A DNA stretch of 64,000 bases from Bacteroidales bacterium (GTDB lineage: Bacteria > Bacteroidota > Bacteroidia > Bacteroidales > UBA4181): NCBI GenBank assembly GCA_017523725.1, contig JAFWVY010000033.1:15385-79384 (forward strand), read 5' to 3'. A program made the translations under genes and the position numbers. How positions within the stretch are numbered: position 1 is the stretch's first letter; each line of letters begins with the position of its first letter. Under the pieces are notes generated by a model, which saw only the letters and a program-made list of their open reading frames with translations, was not told the DNA's origin and did not search any database. Of the stretch, positions 20,264 through 30,266 are shown one piece after another.

Positions 20264-20428
20264 TACGTGTGTATGGTGCTCCGTGGCCCTATTTTAGGCC
20301 GAGGAGGTTGGAGGGCGGCGGTTTTGAATACGCTGCGGATTGTGGGCTAAAAAGGAGATATCTGAAAGGTTTTAGCCCGTTATACAAGGAGGTCCCCGGA
20401 TAGTTCATCCCTCGTACCTGCCTAAAAG
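20230..20428 (-). ncRNA. candidate ~200-nt structured RNA (orphan sRNA or transcription-attenuating leader of the BASS gene)
   Basis: It is bounded upstream by the tRNA-Ala terminator and a near-consensus -7 box (TATACTTTG, 20433-20441 rc). It is bounded downstream by the T10 terminator. Internal hairpins are GGGCTAAAA/TTTTAGCCC (20344-20378) and CTCGGCC/GGCCACGGAG. No ORF and no recognisable Rfam-type motif were seen. Confidence 0.3.
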
Positions 20429-20453
20429 CAATCAAAGTATAGGGGAGGATAGC

Positions 20454-20505
20454 AAAAAAAATTCCGCATAAATTTCGCGAGTTTTACGCGTAAATTTATG
20501 CGGAA
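20454..20505 (-). terminator. intrinsic terminator of tRNA-Ala
   Basis: Perfect 14-bp arms TTCCGCATAAATTT/AAATTTATGCGGAA (20462-20505) followed on the minus strand by T8 (20454-20461). Confidence 0.65.
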
Positions 20506-20538
20506 GTGTCTTAATCGACGGATTTTTAGTCTATTCCG

Positions 20539-20611
20539 TGGAGCATAGGGGAGTCGAACCCCTGACCTATAGATTGCGAACCTATCGCTCTACCAACTGA
20601 GCTAATACCCC
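20539..20611 (-). tRNA. tRNA-Ala (anticodon CGC)
   Basis: Reverse complement GGGGTATTAGCTCAGTTGGTAGAGCGATAGGTTCGCAATCTATAGGTCAGGGGTTCGACTCCCCTATGCTCCA. It has the G3:U70 Ala identity pair and anticodon loop TTCGCAA. Confidence 0.9.
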
Positions 20612-20652
20612 GTTAAAACGGCGCGAAGATAATGATTTTTCTTGCGCGCAAG

Positions 20653-20697
20653 GCCTTTCGGGCGAAATTTCGTGTGAGAATTCGTCCGAAAAGTGGA
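20653..20697. repeat. 45-bp hairpin-forming repeat, copy 1
   Basis: GCCTTTCGGGCGAAATTTCGTGTGAGAATTCGTCCGAAAAGTGGA. It matches copy 2 at 41/45 positions. Confidence 0.6.
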
Positions 20698-20860
20698 TAA
20701 CCCGGCCCCGGCCCTTGAACAATTGCTGAATCAGTACTAGAAACAGTAATCAGCTCAATATAACGCCGCCGCCGCTTTCCCGATGGGAGTGCGGCGGTTC
20801 TGAGGTGCACTATCCCGGGCGACTTATAACATTTTTTTGATGTATTTCGCCCGGTATAGT

Positions 20861-20905
20861 GCCTTTCGGGCGATTTTTCGTGTGAGAATTCGCCCGAAAA
20901 GTTGA
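20861..20905. repeat. 45-bp hairpin-forming repeat, copy 2 (abuts the GH115 stop codon)
   Basis: GCCTTTCGGGCGATTTTTCGTGTGAGAATTCGCCCGAAAAGTTGA with a perfect internal 9-bp stem TTCGGGCGA/TCGCCCGAA. Confidence 0.6.
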
Positions 20906-20906
20906 A

Positions 20907-23780
20907 TTACAGATTGTTCGGCACGATATAGAATTTCCGGTCTTTCTTGAAATCGACCATGATCTGGTCGAGCACCAGTCCCGGATCGACGGGGTAGATG
21001 CGAAGGATATGCTTGCCGGGCGCAAGGACATGCTGGGTGGTGCCTATGGCCTGGTTGCGCAGGACATTGGCTTTCCACCGGTCGTCCCGGTCGTAGGTCC
21101 GGATGGAGGCCGTCTGCAGTGCGTCGCCGTCGATCTGCACCGCGTAGCGCAGGTCGCTCTTGCCGTCGGCCGGATGCGTGGGCAGGAAATACACCCGCAG
21201 GTCGGCCACGCCGGAACTGGTGGAGTAGAAGGTATATTCCAGGTACGGATTCTGGGTCGGATCGTTTTTCAGCGTGTACTGCAGCGGGAAGATGGTCATG
21301 GCACGTCCGCTGTATCCCAGACCCGGGAGTTCCCGCCAGCGGAGCGGATTCGTGTTGCGTTGCAGGTTGTCCCAGACCGGGATCACCACGGCCTGGTCTC
21401 TTTCGAAGGCATCCTGCTGGATGGGAGGCCTGATGCCTTCAACGGCGATGCGGTAAGTCTGGTTCCCGGCTTTTACTTCCACCAGACCGCCTTCCATTGC
21501 CTCTGTCATCTTGCGTTCGTCCAGCGAGAAGCGATAGACCCTTTCGTCAGGATGTTCTTCGTTGGTTTCGTCGGGCAGCAGTTTCAGCCATTCCGGCTTG
21601 GTGATCCACGAAACAGACGGCGCATCATAGATTCTGACGAATTTGTCGGCGCGGTCGAGAATCATGAAGGAGGTCGTGCCGATTTTATTCCGGGAGGAAT
21701 ACGGGACGGAGGGGGCGCTTTCGCCTTCGAACCAGAGCTTGGGCGTGTCTGTCGCCTCGAACGATGAAGGCAGGGGGGCAGGGGCGAATACGGGCAGGTT
21801 GCGCGGCGCCATCGACATCATGTTGTTCCACTTGCCGCCGGCCGTGGCCTTGTTGTAACGTTCGGTCAGAGAGACAATTTCCTGGTAGGCTTGCGTGCTC
21901 TTTTCTGCGTATTTCTCTGCGGCTTTGATCTGGTGTGTCTGGAGCAGGCGGGCCATCTGGGCGTTCAGGTGCTTGGCGTTCATCAGCGCGGCACCACGTA
22001 CCGGATATTCCACCAGTTCGAAATAGGCGTCCTGCAACCTGGCCGGCACTTTGGAGGCAAGGGCCTGCACGGTGGAGTCGAGCTTCCGGTAGGCCTCGAG
22101 ACGAGTGGCAATCTCATCTCCCATTTCAAACGGATTGAATTCGCTGTCACGGACTTGTGTTGTCGGCTCGGTCTGGCTCCATCCCATGAATTCCGGCCGC
22201 CGGATAAAGGCGAGTTCGTAGTATTTGTTCATCGCATCGGTCAGTTGTCCGCCCGGGTTGTCGCCGAAAGTACGTTTCATCCACGCCTCCAGATGTCCTT
22301 TGGTGGCGCCCGGCTGAATCGACTTGATGTTCCATGCCATGTCCATGCACATCTCTGTGAGGTATTCCGCCGGCTTGATGTCGCCTACGTTGAGAATCCA
22401 CATCTGGCGGGCACCGTATTCGTACGCCCGCTGCAGTTCGAACCACAGGACCGCCGGTTGCGTGGAGGCAATCCACAGGTAGTCGTGCGGCCGGCCCCAG
22501 TACGAGACGTGGTAGTACACGCCGGCACCGCCGCTGCGTTTCTGTTCCTCGGCATTGCTGAGTCGGCGGATGTATCCGTAGTTGTCATCGCACCATATAA
22601 GCGTCACGTCGTCCGGAACTTCCAATCCGGCATCGTACACTTCGAGTACTTCTTTGTAGGGAATGAAAATCTGATGGACGCGGGTGATGTCGCTGTCGAT
22701 GTGCCGTGTCAGAATGTCGCGCTGGTCTGCGATGACCTGCCGCAGACCGTTGAGATATTCGGTCACGTTCGAGGCGCCTTCCATTCGGCCGTCGTGGATG
22801 CCGCGCATGCCGATGGTGTAGATGTTTTCGTTATGTCCGGCCTCGACGATGCGGTCTTCCCAGTATTTCAGCACCCGGTCTTTGTTCGTGAAATAATTGT
22901 ACGCGCCATAGGCTTCGCGATCCCATTCGCCGGTATTGGTACGCAGCATCGGTTCGCAGTGCGAGTTGCTTATCATGATGGCGAAAGTGTCGGCCACCTG
23001 CAGATTGCCGGGTACCGTGAAAAATGGCTTAGAACATTCGTGCATGGCCGGCCAGATGGTGTTGGCCCTCAGCCGAAGCAGCAGCTCGAATATCCGGGCG
23101 TAGGTGCGAGGTCCCATGTCGCCGACTTCGGGTTCGTATGTTTTACCGGCCCAGGGGTGCATGCCCCAGTCTTCGTCGTTGATGAAGATGCCCCTGTATT
23201 TGACGGACGGCGACGGCATGTCGGTGTTCGGGTCGGCGAGTGTCAGCGTCGTTTTTTTCTCCGGATGGACGTCGGCCCACCAGGTCCACGGCGACACCCC
23301 GATCATGCGCGAAATCTCCAGAAGACCATACGCCGTGCCGCGCCGGTCGCTGCCTACGACCAACAACACTTTCTCGCCGTTGAGCCGGGCGGTCTGGATG
23401 CGGAAGGCTTCCCACTTCCCTTCCAGATCGCTGAAGTCTTCTTTCATTATTTTATTGACGGTGTTGAAGAGACTTTTCTTGCCGCCAATCCCGAGCGTTG
23501 CGACGATGATTTTCGGCCCTGTTTTTTTCTTGTTGTAAGAGGTGCCGGTTTGCAAATCTTTGCCGGTAATCTCCAGAATGTCCTTCCGCAGCATTTCTGC
23601 GGCCTTATGTACAACCAGTTCTTCGTGCGGGTCGATGAGCAGAGTTGCCGCCTGGCTTGCCGACACAAGCGTGAACGAACGGTCTACGGGTGTGAGCTGG
23701 GTCAGGTTGAGACGCTGGGCCGTGAGAAGGGTTCCGCAGCAGACGAGTGCTAGAAATACGAGGACGTGAAATTTCTTCAT
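20907..23780 (-). CDS. GH115 family alpha-glucuronidase-like glycoside hydrolase, secreted
   Basis: 957 aa with a signal peptide. GSDRRGTAYGLLEISRMIGVSPWTWWADV and KYRGIFINDEDWGMHPWA are hallmark GH115 motifs. Confidence 0.85.
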   Translation of the reverse strand: MKKFHVLVFLALVCCGTLLTAQRLNLTQLTPVDRSFTLVSASQAATLLIDPHEELVVHKAAEMLRKDILEITGKDLQTGTSYNKKKTGPKIIVATLGIGGKKSLFNTVNKIMKEDFSDLEGKWEAFRIQTARLNGEKVLLVVGSDRRGTAYGLLEISRMIGVSPWTWWADVHPEKKTTLTLADPNTDMPSPSVKYRGIFINDEDWGMHPWAGKTYEPEVGDMGPRTYARIFELLLRLRANTIWPAMHECSKPFFTVPGNLQVADTFAIMISNSHCEPMLRTNTGEWDREAYGAYNYFTNKDRVLKYWEDRIVEAGHNENIYTIGMRGIHDGRMEGASNVTEYLNGLRQVIADQRDILTRHIDSDITRVHQIFIPYKEVLEVYDAGLEVPDDVTLIWCDDNYGYIRRLSNAEEQKRSGGAGVYYHVSYWGRPHDYLWIASTQPAVLWFELQRAYEYGARQMWILNVGDIKPAEYLTEMCMDMAWNIKSIQPGATKGHLEAWMKRTFGDNPGGQLTDAMNKYYELAFIRRPEFMGWSQTEPTTQVRDSEFNPFEMGDEIATRLEAYRKLDSTVQALASKVPARLQDAYFELVEYPVRGAALMNAKHLNAQMARLLQTHQIKAAEKYAEKSTQAYQEIVSLTERYNKATAGGKWNNMMSMAPRNLPVFAPAPLPSSFEATDTPKLWFEGESAPSVPYSSRNKIGTTSFMILDRADKFVRIYDAPSVSWITKPEWLKLLPDETNEEHPDERVYRFSLDERKMTEAMEGGLVEVKAGNQTYRIAVEGIRPPIQQDAFERDQAVVIPVWDNLQRNTNPLRWRELPGLGYSGRAMTIFPLQYTLKNDPTQNPYLEYTFYSTSSGVADLRVYFLPTHPADGKSDLRYAVQIDGDALQTASIRTYDRDDRWKANVLRNQAIGTTQHVLAPGKHILRIYPVDPGLVLDQIMVDFKKDRKFYIVPNNL

Positions 23781-23927
23781 ATTGATTTACAATGTATTGT
23801 ATTTTATTTCGCCGTATGAGGGAGATATCCCGGATAACAGATGAGTAAAGGTAAATTATTTTTAAAAATGAAGCCAAATATTATGTTAAATAAGATAGAT
23901 TTTAACGGAATGTTCCACGTGGAACAA

Positions 23928-25805
23928 TTACCGGCCGAACAGAACGAGCAGGATGTTGATGTCGGATGGCGAGACGCCGGGAATGCGCGAAGCCTGTCCG
24001 ATGGTCTGCGGATGAATCTTCGTAAGTTTTTGCCGTGCCTCGGTGGAAAGAGCCTGAATGGAGGCAAAGTCAAAATCATCGGCAATGCGGATGTGTTCGA
24101 GGCGTTTCAGTTTTTCGACGTTGCGCTGCTCTCGCTCGATGTAGCCGGCGTATTTGATGCGGATTTCTACACTCTCAAGGATCTCTCTCCTGCGCTCTCC
24201 TGCTTCAAGGCTTCTTTGCTGCAGCTCCGGAACGGCATCGCATAGCTGGCGGATGGAAATCTGGGGACGGAGGAGGATGTCTTTGAGCCGTACGGGATGC
24301 GGGATGGGGGCGGTTCCGGCGCTCTCCAGAAAAGGATTAATGTCATCGGGCTGGATGCTGTAAGATTCGAAGAAAACGGTCAGGGATGCTACGAGGTCCT
24401 GCTTGTGGCACAGGTGTTCCAGGCGGGCATCCGTGGCCAGTCCGATGTCGTGGCCGAGCGGCGTAAGGCGTATGTCGGCATCGTCCTGACGCAACAGCAG
24501 CCGGTACTCGGCACGGGAGGTGAACATGCGGTAGGGCTCGTCAACGCCTTTTGTAACCAGATCGTCAATCAGAATGCCGATGTAGGCTTGGTCGCGCGAC
24601 AGAACGACCGGCTCCTGATGGCGGATCCGCCGTACGGCGTTGATGCCGGCCATCAGCCCTTGGGCTGCGGCTTCTTCATAGCCGGTGGTCCCGTTGATCT
24701 GCCCGGCAAAAAACAGCCCCTCCACCCGTTTGGTTTCGAGTGAATGACGCAACTGTGTCGGCGGACAATAGTCGTACTCGATGGCGTAGCCCGGCCGCAG
24801 AATGCGGACGTGTTCCAGGCCTTCGATGCGGTGGATGGCCTCCCACTGGATATTCCACGGCAAAGACGACGAGAATCCGTTGATGTAGTATTCCATGGTG
24901 TCGGTGCCTCCTGGTTCCAGGAACAGATGATGGCTGTCTTTGTCGGCAAACGTGACGATCTTGTCTTCGATGCTGGGGCAGTACCGTGGTCCGATGCTAT
25001 GGATGGTGCCGTTGTACATGGGCGAATCGACCAGTCCGCGTTCCAGGATTTTGTGGACCTCTGGGTTGGTAAATGTGACGTAACACGGCCGTTGACGCAG
25101 TTTCGGCCGGTCCATGGGCATAAATGAGAATTGCCCCTCCCCTTCGTCGCCGTCCTGGCGCTGCAGCCGGTCGAAGTCGATGGTGCGACCGTCCAACCGG
25201 GCCGGTGTGCCGGTCTTCATGCGGCCGGTCTCGAATCCGAGCCGGACAAGCGACTCCGTCAATCCGATGGCCGCCGGTTCGGCAATGCGGTCGCCGACCG
25301 TCTGGCAGCGGCCCACGTGCATGAGGCCGTTGAGGAAAGTTCCTGTGGTGAGAATAACGGCTTCGGCTTTGAATGTAACGCCCAGCCGGGTGCGGACCCC
25401 TGTCACCTGCCCTGCTTCTGCGGTCACTTCTGTTACGATGTCCTGCCAGAAAAACAGATTCGGGATGCTTTCCAGCTCCTCGCGCCACGCCGTCGAAAAT
25501 TTCCGGCGGTCGCACTGGGCACGCGGGCTCCACATGGCCGGACCTTTCGAACGGTTGAGCATGCGGAACTGAATGGAGGTGCGGTCGGTTATAATGGCGG
25601 AAGTTCCGCCCATGGCATCGATCTCGCGCAGGATCTGCCCTTTGGCGATGCCGCCCATGGCCGGATTGCACGACATCTGCCCCATCTTTTCCATGTCAAT
25701 GGTGATGAGCAGCGTCCGCGCGCCCAAACGGGCGGCTGCGGCGGCGGCTTCGCATCCGGCATGGCCGGCGCCGACCACAATCACCTCGAATGTCCGTCCG
25801 GTCAT
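23928..25805 (-). CDS. mnmG: tRNA uridine-5-carboxymethylaminomethyl(34) synthesis enzyme MnmG (GidA)
   Basis: 625 aa. FAD motif VVGAGHAGCEAA, then GPRYCPSIEDK and QINGTTGYEEAAAQG. Confidence 0.97.
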   Translation of the reverse strand: MTGRTFEVIVVGAGHAGCEAAAAAARLGARTLLITIDMEKMGQMSCNPAMGGIAKGQILREIDAMGGTSAIITDRTSIQFRMLNRSKGPAMWSPRAQCDRRKFSTAWREELESIPNLFFWQDIVTEVTAEAGQVTGVRTRLGVTFKAEAVILTTGTFLNGLMHVGRCQTVGDRIAEPAAIGLTESLVRLGFETGRMKTGTPARLDGRTIDFDRLQRQDGDEGEGQFSFMPMDRPKLRQRPCYVTFTNPEVHKILERGLVDSPMYNGTIHSIGPRYCPSIEDKIVTFADKDSHHLFLEPGGTDTMEYYINGFSSSLPWNIQWEAIHRIEGLEHVRILRPGYAIEYDYCPPTQLRHSLETKRVEGLFFAGQINGTTGYEEAAAQGLMAGINAVRRIRHQEPVVLSRDQAYIGILIDDLVTKGVDEPYRMFTSRAEYRLLLRQDDADIRLTPLGHDIGLATDARLEHLCHKQDLVASLTVFFESYSIQPDDINPFLESAGTAPIPHPVRLKDILLRPQISIRQLCDAVPELQQRSLEAGERRREILESVEIRIKYAGYIEREQRNVEKLKRLEHIRIADDFDFASIQALSTEARQKLTKIHPQTIGQASRIPGVSPSDINILLVLFGR

Positions 25806-26254
25806 TTCTGTGATGGATTTGTGTCCTCCTCTTCGAACTGTGTCGCCCAGAGCTCGAGCGCGGCATTTTCCTGGGCGCGCATCATGCGCTGCTCGGCTTC
25901 GGTCTTGTCGTTGAATCCGGCCAGATGCAGCACGCCGTGTATCATGACGCGCAGCAACTCCATTCGAAACGTTTCCCCATAGGTCTGCGCATTGTCCCGT
26001 ACCGTGTCGATGCTGATGAAGATGTCGCCCGACAGCGTATTTTCTTCGGTGTAATCGAAGGTGATGATATCCGTGCAGTAATCGTGTTGCAGGAATTCGC
26101 GGTTTATTTTCAGAATATGGTCGTCGTCAGTGAAAATGTACTGTATTTCACCGGGCATTTTGCCGTGTCGGCGGATGACGTCTGCAATCCAGGCGGTGCG
26201 TTTCCGACGTTCTTTCAGTGCGAAGCGCGCAGCTTCTATGGCATAGCGTATCAT
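25802..26254 (-). CDS. ybeY: rRNA maturation RNase YbeY
   Basis: The 150-aa C-terminal part of ORF 25802..26761, starting MIRYAIEAARF. HGVLHLAGFND zinc motif and ATGA overlap with mnmG. Confidence 0.9.
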   Translation of the reverse strand: MIRYAIEAARFALKERRKRTAWIADVIRRHGKMPGEIQYIFTDDDHILKINREFLQHDYCTDIITFDYTEENTLSGDIFISIDTVRDNAQTYGETFRMELLRVMIHGVLHLAGFNDKTEAEQRMMRAQENAALELWATQFEEEDTNPSQK

Positions 26255-26261
26255 GGCAGAT

Positions 26262-27473
26262 TTATTTGGATCGTAACCATTGTGCGGGATTGAGTTTGGT
26301 CTGCCCTTCCCAGATTTCGAGATGCAGTGTGCCCGTCTGACTCTGCGGGTCGGTATAGATAGTACCGATGGGCTGTCCTGTGGCAACGTGGTCGCCTTTC
26401 TTGACGGGGACATCCACCAGATTCTGGTACAGCGAAATGTAATTGCCGTGTTGGATGACCACCGCCATGTTCGAACCGGGAACCAGTGCCAGATAAAGCA
26501 CCTCGCCCTCGAATATCGCCTGAGCCGATGTCCGTGCGGGCGCTGTGATGTCGATGCCCGAATTCTGCAGCGAAATGTCTTTGTAGATGGGATGCGCGTA
26601 CGTGCCGAAGCGTCCGGTGATAACGCCCTGTGCGCACGGCCAGGGCAGTTTGCCTTTGTTTTCCTTGAACGTGGCGGACAGTTTCTCCACCACTTGCTGG
26701 GTTGCGGCGGATTCTGGCTTTGTCTGGGCCTCAGCCTTGCGACGGGCCGCTTCCTTCGCAATCAAATCCTGGATGGTTTTTTCGAGTTTTTCGGCCTCCT
26801 TCTTCTGTGCAGCCAAATCCTTTTTGAGTTGACTCTCCCTGACGTTCAGCTGTTTAGCCATCTTATCCTGCTGTTGCCGCTCGGCATTCAGTTTGCTTTG
26901 CTCCTGCTGCTCCTCCTGCAACAGCGCCGTCTTCTCCGCCCGCTGAGACTGAAGTTGTGCCAGCGAGGCATCGAGCGCCTGCTGCTCGGCGGCGAGTACT
27001 TCGACCTGCTTTTTACGGTAGTCGGAGATCTCTTTGAAATATTTGGTTCTCAGATAGGCTTCATTGAGACTTGACGAACCTAGAATCAACATTAAATCAG
27101 TGTATTGGCTTCGCAGGCGATAGGCTTGCCGAACCAGTGCGGCGTATTTCTTCCGGATGGCCTCGATATTCTTCCGCGCAAACGCAATGTCCGCATTGGT
27201 TTCTGCGATGCGTCGGTCGGCCTCGGCTATATCAGACCGGATGGACGAAATCAGGTTGTTCCGTTGTTGAATCTTTGTGTTTAAAAGGCTTATAGCCTGT
27301 AGAGAAGATGATTTCTTCTGAATTGTTTGTTGAAGCAGTTTCTCGGTTTCATCAATTTCCTTCTGCGTCTGTGCCCGTTGTTTCTCCAGACTTTCGCGCG
27401 TCTGTCCGTATGCACTGGCAAACGTCAGGCAGAGGACGAAACAGCAGAAACAATATGGCAACGGATTTTTCAT
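26262..27473 (-). CDS. EnvC-like murein hydrolase activator (coiled coil + LytM/M23 domain with degenerate metal ligands)
   Basis: Signal peptide, a long Q/E/K-rich coiled coil, and a C-terminal LytM fold. NSGIDI appears instead of HxGxD, and TLHLEIW instead of HLHFEI, so the domain is probably non-catalytic. Confidence 0.8.
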   Translation of the reverse strand: MKNPLPYCFCCFVLCLTFASAYGQTRESLEKQRAQTQKEIDETEKLLQQTIQKKSSSLQAISLLNTKIQQRNNLISSIRSDIAEADRRIAETNADIAFARKNIEAIRKKYAALVRQAYRLRSQYTDLMLILGSSSLNEAYLRTKYFKEISDYRKKQVEVLAAEQQALDASLAQLQSQRAEKTALLQEEQQEQSKLNAERQQQDKMAKQLNVRESQLKKDLAAQKKEAEKLEKTIQDLIAKEAARRKAEAQTKPESAATQQVVEKLSATFKENKGKLPWPCAQGVITGRFGTYAHPIYKDISLQNSGIDITAPARTSAQAIFEGEVLYLALVPGSNMAVVIQHGNYISLYQNLVDVPVKKGDHVATGQPIGTIYTDPQSQTGTLHLEIWEGQTKLNPAQWLRSK

Positions 27474-28225
27474 TCGAAGGTCAGGCGCACCCTTTTGTAA
27501 TTGGCGGGCACGGCAAAATTAATCTCTTTTTGCGTGCCGAAGGCGAAATTGTTGCATCGGATGCCGATCTCGCGATGCTGTTCCGGCTGTGTGATGCGGA
27601 TTTGCGCCGGGACTTCGCATCCATCGACGACATGAAAATTAGAGAAGTCGGCCTGGACGACCGTCCGGCCGCGCTGGTCGGTAATGAGCATCTGCTCCAT
27701 GCAGTTCGTGCCGGAACGTCTGCTTACGGTAAGCTGATATTGCATCGGCGAGGTGTAACGCACCAGATCTGTCGTGGAGACCACCGGCTTGAGGCCTGTT
27801 TCCACGATGGCGTCGGGGCAGAAATTACCCGAGAACAGCGTGAACAGAATCTTCGGGGAAGCCTTGATGCCGAAACTCTGCTCCAGGTCGGCCAGCGAAC
27901 CCTGCATGCAGGTGCGTTCCAGCCTGTTCAGCAGGAAGAACGAATCGCGGGTCACCAGGCCGCGGGCCGCCTCGATGAACAGCACACTGGCCTGAAAATA
28001 ACAGGCCTCCTCCTTGTCCAGGAACAGCTGGTAGCTGGCAGCCAGCGATTTCTTGCTGTCGGAATAGTTCAGGTTCCCGCCTGAAACCGACAACGTCCGC
28101 TGCGGGTAGCAGGCCTCTCCGGAAGGCAGGACGGCCGTGCCGGGTATCGCGTTTTTGCGCGAGCAGCCGACGAGGACGAACGCGAGGCAGATGACCACCC
28201 AGAAGACAGGTTTGATGCTGTTCAT
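27470..28225 (-). CDS. DUF4292-like lipoprotein
   Basis: MNSIKPVFWVVICLAFVLVGCS lipobox. The conserved Bacteroidetes neighbourhood dut-flippase-DUF4292-M23 supports the call. The start was chosen at M15 of the ORF. Confidence 0.55.
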   Translation of the reverse strand: MNSIKPVFWVVICLAFVLVGCSRKNAIPGTAVLPSGEACYPQRTLSVSGGNLNYSDSKKSLAASYQLFLDKEEACYFQASVLFIEAARGLVTRDSFFLLNRLERTCMQGSLADLEQSFGIKASPKILFTLFSGNFCPDAIVETGLKPVVSTTDLVRYTSPMQYQLTVSRRSGTNCMEQMLITDQRGRTVVQADFSNFHVVDGCEVPAQIRITQPEQHREIGIRCNNFAFGTQKEINFAVPANYKRVRLTFE

Positions 28226-28244
28226 ATTATTGAGGCACAAATTA

Positions 28245-28679
28245 TTATAATTTTCCTGTATGTCCAAATCCCCCTTCGCCGCGTTCTGTTTCGTCCAGCG
28301 TGTCGCACAGGTCCCATTCCACGGTTTCGTGCCGGGCCACCACCATCTGGCAGATGCGCTCTCCGTCCTGCACCGTGAAATCCTCCTGCGAGTGGTTGAT
28401 CAGGATGATGCCGATCTCGCCGCGGTAGTCGGCATCGATGGTGCCGGGCGTATTGACGATGCTGATGCCCTTTTTGAGAGCCAGGCCGCTGCGCGGACGG
28501 ATCTGTGCCTCGAAGCCGGCCGGCAGCGAGATGTATAGGCCGGTCGGGATGAGCCGGCGTTCGCCCGGACGGAGCGTTACGGGCGCGTCAAGGTTGGCCC
28601 GGAGGTCCATGCCGGCCGAAAGCGGCGTACTGTATGCCGGCGCATCGTGATGCGACTTGTTGACGAGTTTTACTTTCAT
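28245..28679 (-). CDS. dut: dUTP diphosphatase
   Basis: 144 aa starting [33 protein letters not shown] and [10 protein letters not shown] are the dUTPase motifs. The longer ORF extension was rejected. Confidence 0.93.
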   Translation of the reverse strand: MKVKLVNKSHHDAPAYSTPLSAGMDLRANLDAPVTLRPGERRLIPTGLYISLPAGFEAQIRPRSGLALKKGISIVNTPGTIDADYRGEIGIILINHSQEDFTVQDGERICQMVVARHETVEWDLCDTLDETERGEGGFGHTGKL

Positions 28680-30196
28680 GCGTTGTACGAGATAAAGTTG
28701 TGATACTCCTTTTTGTAGGCAACGAAACAGAAGATGCCTATCAAAATCGTGTTTTTCAGCAAATTGAGTGCAAGATTCGGCAGCATCGTCAGCCGGGCTG
28801 CGGCGAACAGCACCGCCGCCAGCACCGCGAATTTGCCGATGGTTTTCCAGTCGTACGGTACCGGGTAGTGTTTCTGTCCCGCCCGCCAGGTCAGGAAGAC
28901 CATGACGGAGTAGCAAAACAGATGGATGCAGGCCGATCCGGTGTAGCCGATCACCGGGATGAGCAGCAGGTTGCCCGTGATGCTGATGATGGCGCCTATG
29001 CTGGCGATGATGAGCGCGAAGTGCGTTTTATTGTTCAGTTTGAACCAGATGGAAATGGTATAGTAGATGCCGAGCATCATGTTGGCCGCCGCCATGACCG
29101 GGACGATGTGCAGCCCTTCCCAGTAGCGCGGCTCGATGAAATACTTGAAAATGTCGATATATAGCGTAATGCCCAGAAAAATGAGCAACGCAAAGAGAAT
29201 GAAGTATTTGGTTGTGTCCGCGATGGTCTGCCGGGAGTTCGCCTTGCGTGCGTCGTTGAAGAAGAACGGCTCAGCGGCGTAGCGGAACATCTGGATGAAC
29301 AGTGTCATGAGCACCGCGATCTTGATGTTGGCGCCATAGACGCCGAGTTCCGCCATCGCTTCATGCTCCGGCAGCGGGAGCAGATGCTTGAGCATGGTCC
29401 GGTCGATGGCTTCGTTCACATTGCCGGCCAGCCCTGCCAGCAGCAGCGGCAGCGCATAGACGATCATCCGTTTCCAGACCTCCCAGCGGAACCTGATTTC
29501 CACCCCGATAATGTATGGCATCAGCAACAGCAGGCTGACCACCGAGGCGATGAGGTTGGCGATGAATACATAGCCGACTCCGACGTCCGGCGACCAGAAC
29601 GACTGGATGAAAGCCGTGTGGGCGTATTTCGGGCAGAACCAGAAGAAGAAGAACGTAAAGAAGATGTTTGTCAGGACATTGACAATCTTGATGCCGGCAA
29701 ACTGCAAGGGCTTGTTCTGCTGGCGCAGCCGCGCGAACGGCACGGCACAGACGGCGTCCAGCGCCAGAATCCAGGCAAACCATCGGATGTATTCGGGGTG
29801 TGCGGTATAGCCCAGCGCCTGCGTGATAGGCCCGGTGAGGAGGTAGATGCCGGCGACGAAAAGCGTCGATGTCGTGAGCAGGCTGACGAAAGCCGACCCG
29901 TATGCATACGGTTTGTCCTCGCTGTTCTGCGTAAAACGGAAGAAACCGGTCTCCATGCCGTAGGTCAGCAGAATCACCATGAAAGTCATGTAGGTGTACA
30001 GTTCGGTGATGATGCCGTACTCGGCTTTTTCGAACAAATGGGTGTGATACGGAACCAGCAGGTAGTTCAGGAAGCGGGGAACCACGCTGCCCAATCCGTA
30101 GATGACGGTCTGTCCTGCCAGTTTCTTGAGCGGATTCAAAGCGAAGCAAAATTTCAACGACAAATCTACACAAAAAAAAGAAGATAAGCCGTACAT
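28676..30196 (-). CDS. oligosaccharide/polysaccharide flippase (MOP/Wzx family)
   Basis: About 500 aa with 12-14 TM helices. The N-terminus ...[30 protein letters not shown] is typical of this conserved Bacteroidetes flippase. The true start may be TTG at 30139. Confidence 0.8.
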   Translation of the reverse strand: MYGLSSFFCVDLSLKFCFALNPLKKLAGQTVIYGLGSVVPRFLNYLLVPYHTHLFEKAEYGIITELYTYMTFMVILLTYGMETGFFRFTQNSEDKPYAYGSAFVSLLTTSTLFVAGIYLLTGPITQALGYTAHPEYIRWFAWILALDAVCAVPFARLRQQNKPLQFAGIKIVNVLTNIFFTFFFFWFCPKYAHTAFIQSFWSPDVGVGYVFIANLIASVVSLLLLMPYIIGVEIRFRWEVWKRMIVYALPLLLAGLAGNVNEAIDRTMLKHLLPLPEHEAMAELGVYGANIKIAVLMTLFIQMFRYAAEPFFFNDARKANSRQTIADTTKYFILFALLIFLGITLYIDIFKYFIEPRYWEGLHIVPVMAAANMMLGIYYTISIWFKLNNKTHFALIIASIGAIISITGNLLLIPVIGYTGSACIHLFCYSVMVFLTWRAGQKHYPVPYDWKTIGKFAVLAAVLFAAARLTMLPNLALNLLKNTILIGIFCFVAYKKEYHNFISYNA

Positions 30197-30266
30197 TTGT
30201 GGAACGGGCCACCGGTATGCGAATGCCCGTCACCGCCGATTCCCGGCAGATATTACTGATTTTTAC

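Noticed and set aside
20264-20428. Assigning the candidate RNA to SRP (4.5S), 6S, tmRNA or RNase P RNA
   Set aside because: It has no GGAAGCAGC-type SRP domain IV, no tmRNA tag or acceptor features, and it is too short for RNase P. I could not build a 6S-like closing stem by hand, so it is left unassigned.
21891-23753. 620-aa plus-strand ORF opposite GH115
   Set aside because: It is an antisense shadow ORF. The GH115 hallmark motifs are on the minus strand.
23912-23925. Perfect 14-bp palindrome GTTCCACGTGGAAC just downstream of the mnmG stop
   Set aside because: It could be a weak terminator or a regulator site (CACGTG core), but it has no T-run and no second copy. This is too little evidence to call a feature.
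26255-26761. Upstream 169 codons of ORF 25802..26761 (Arg/Pro-rich), and similarly 28680..28916 upstream of dut
   Set aside because: They overlap the 3' ends of the well-supported EnvC-like and flippase genes in another frame. YbeY and Dut homology start at the internal Met codons.
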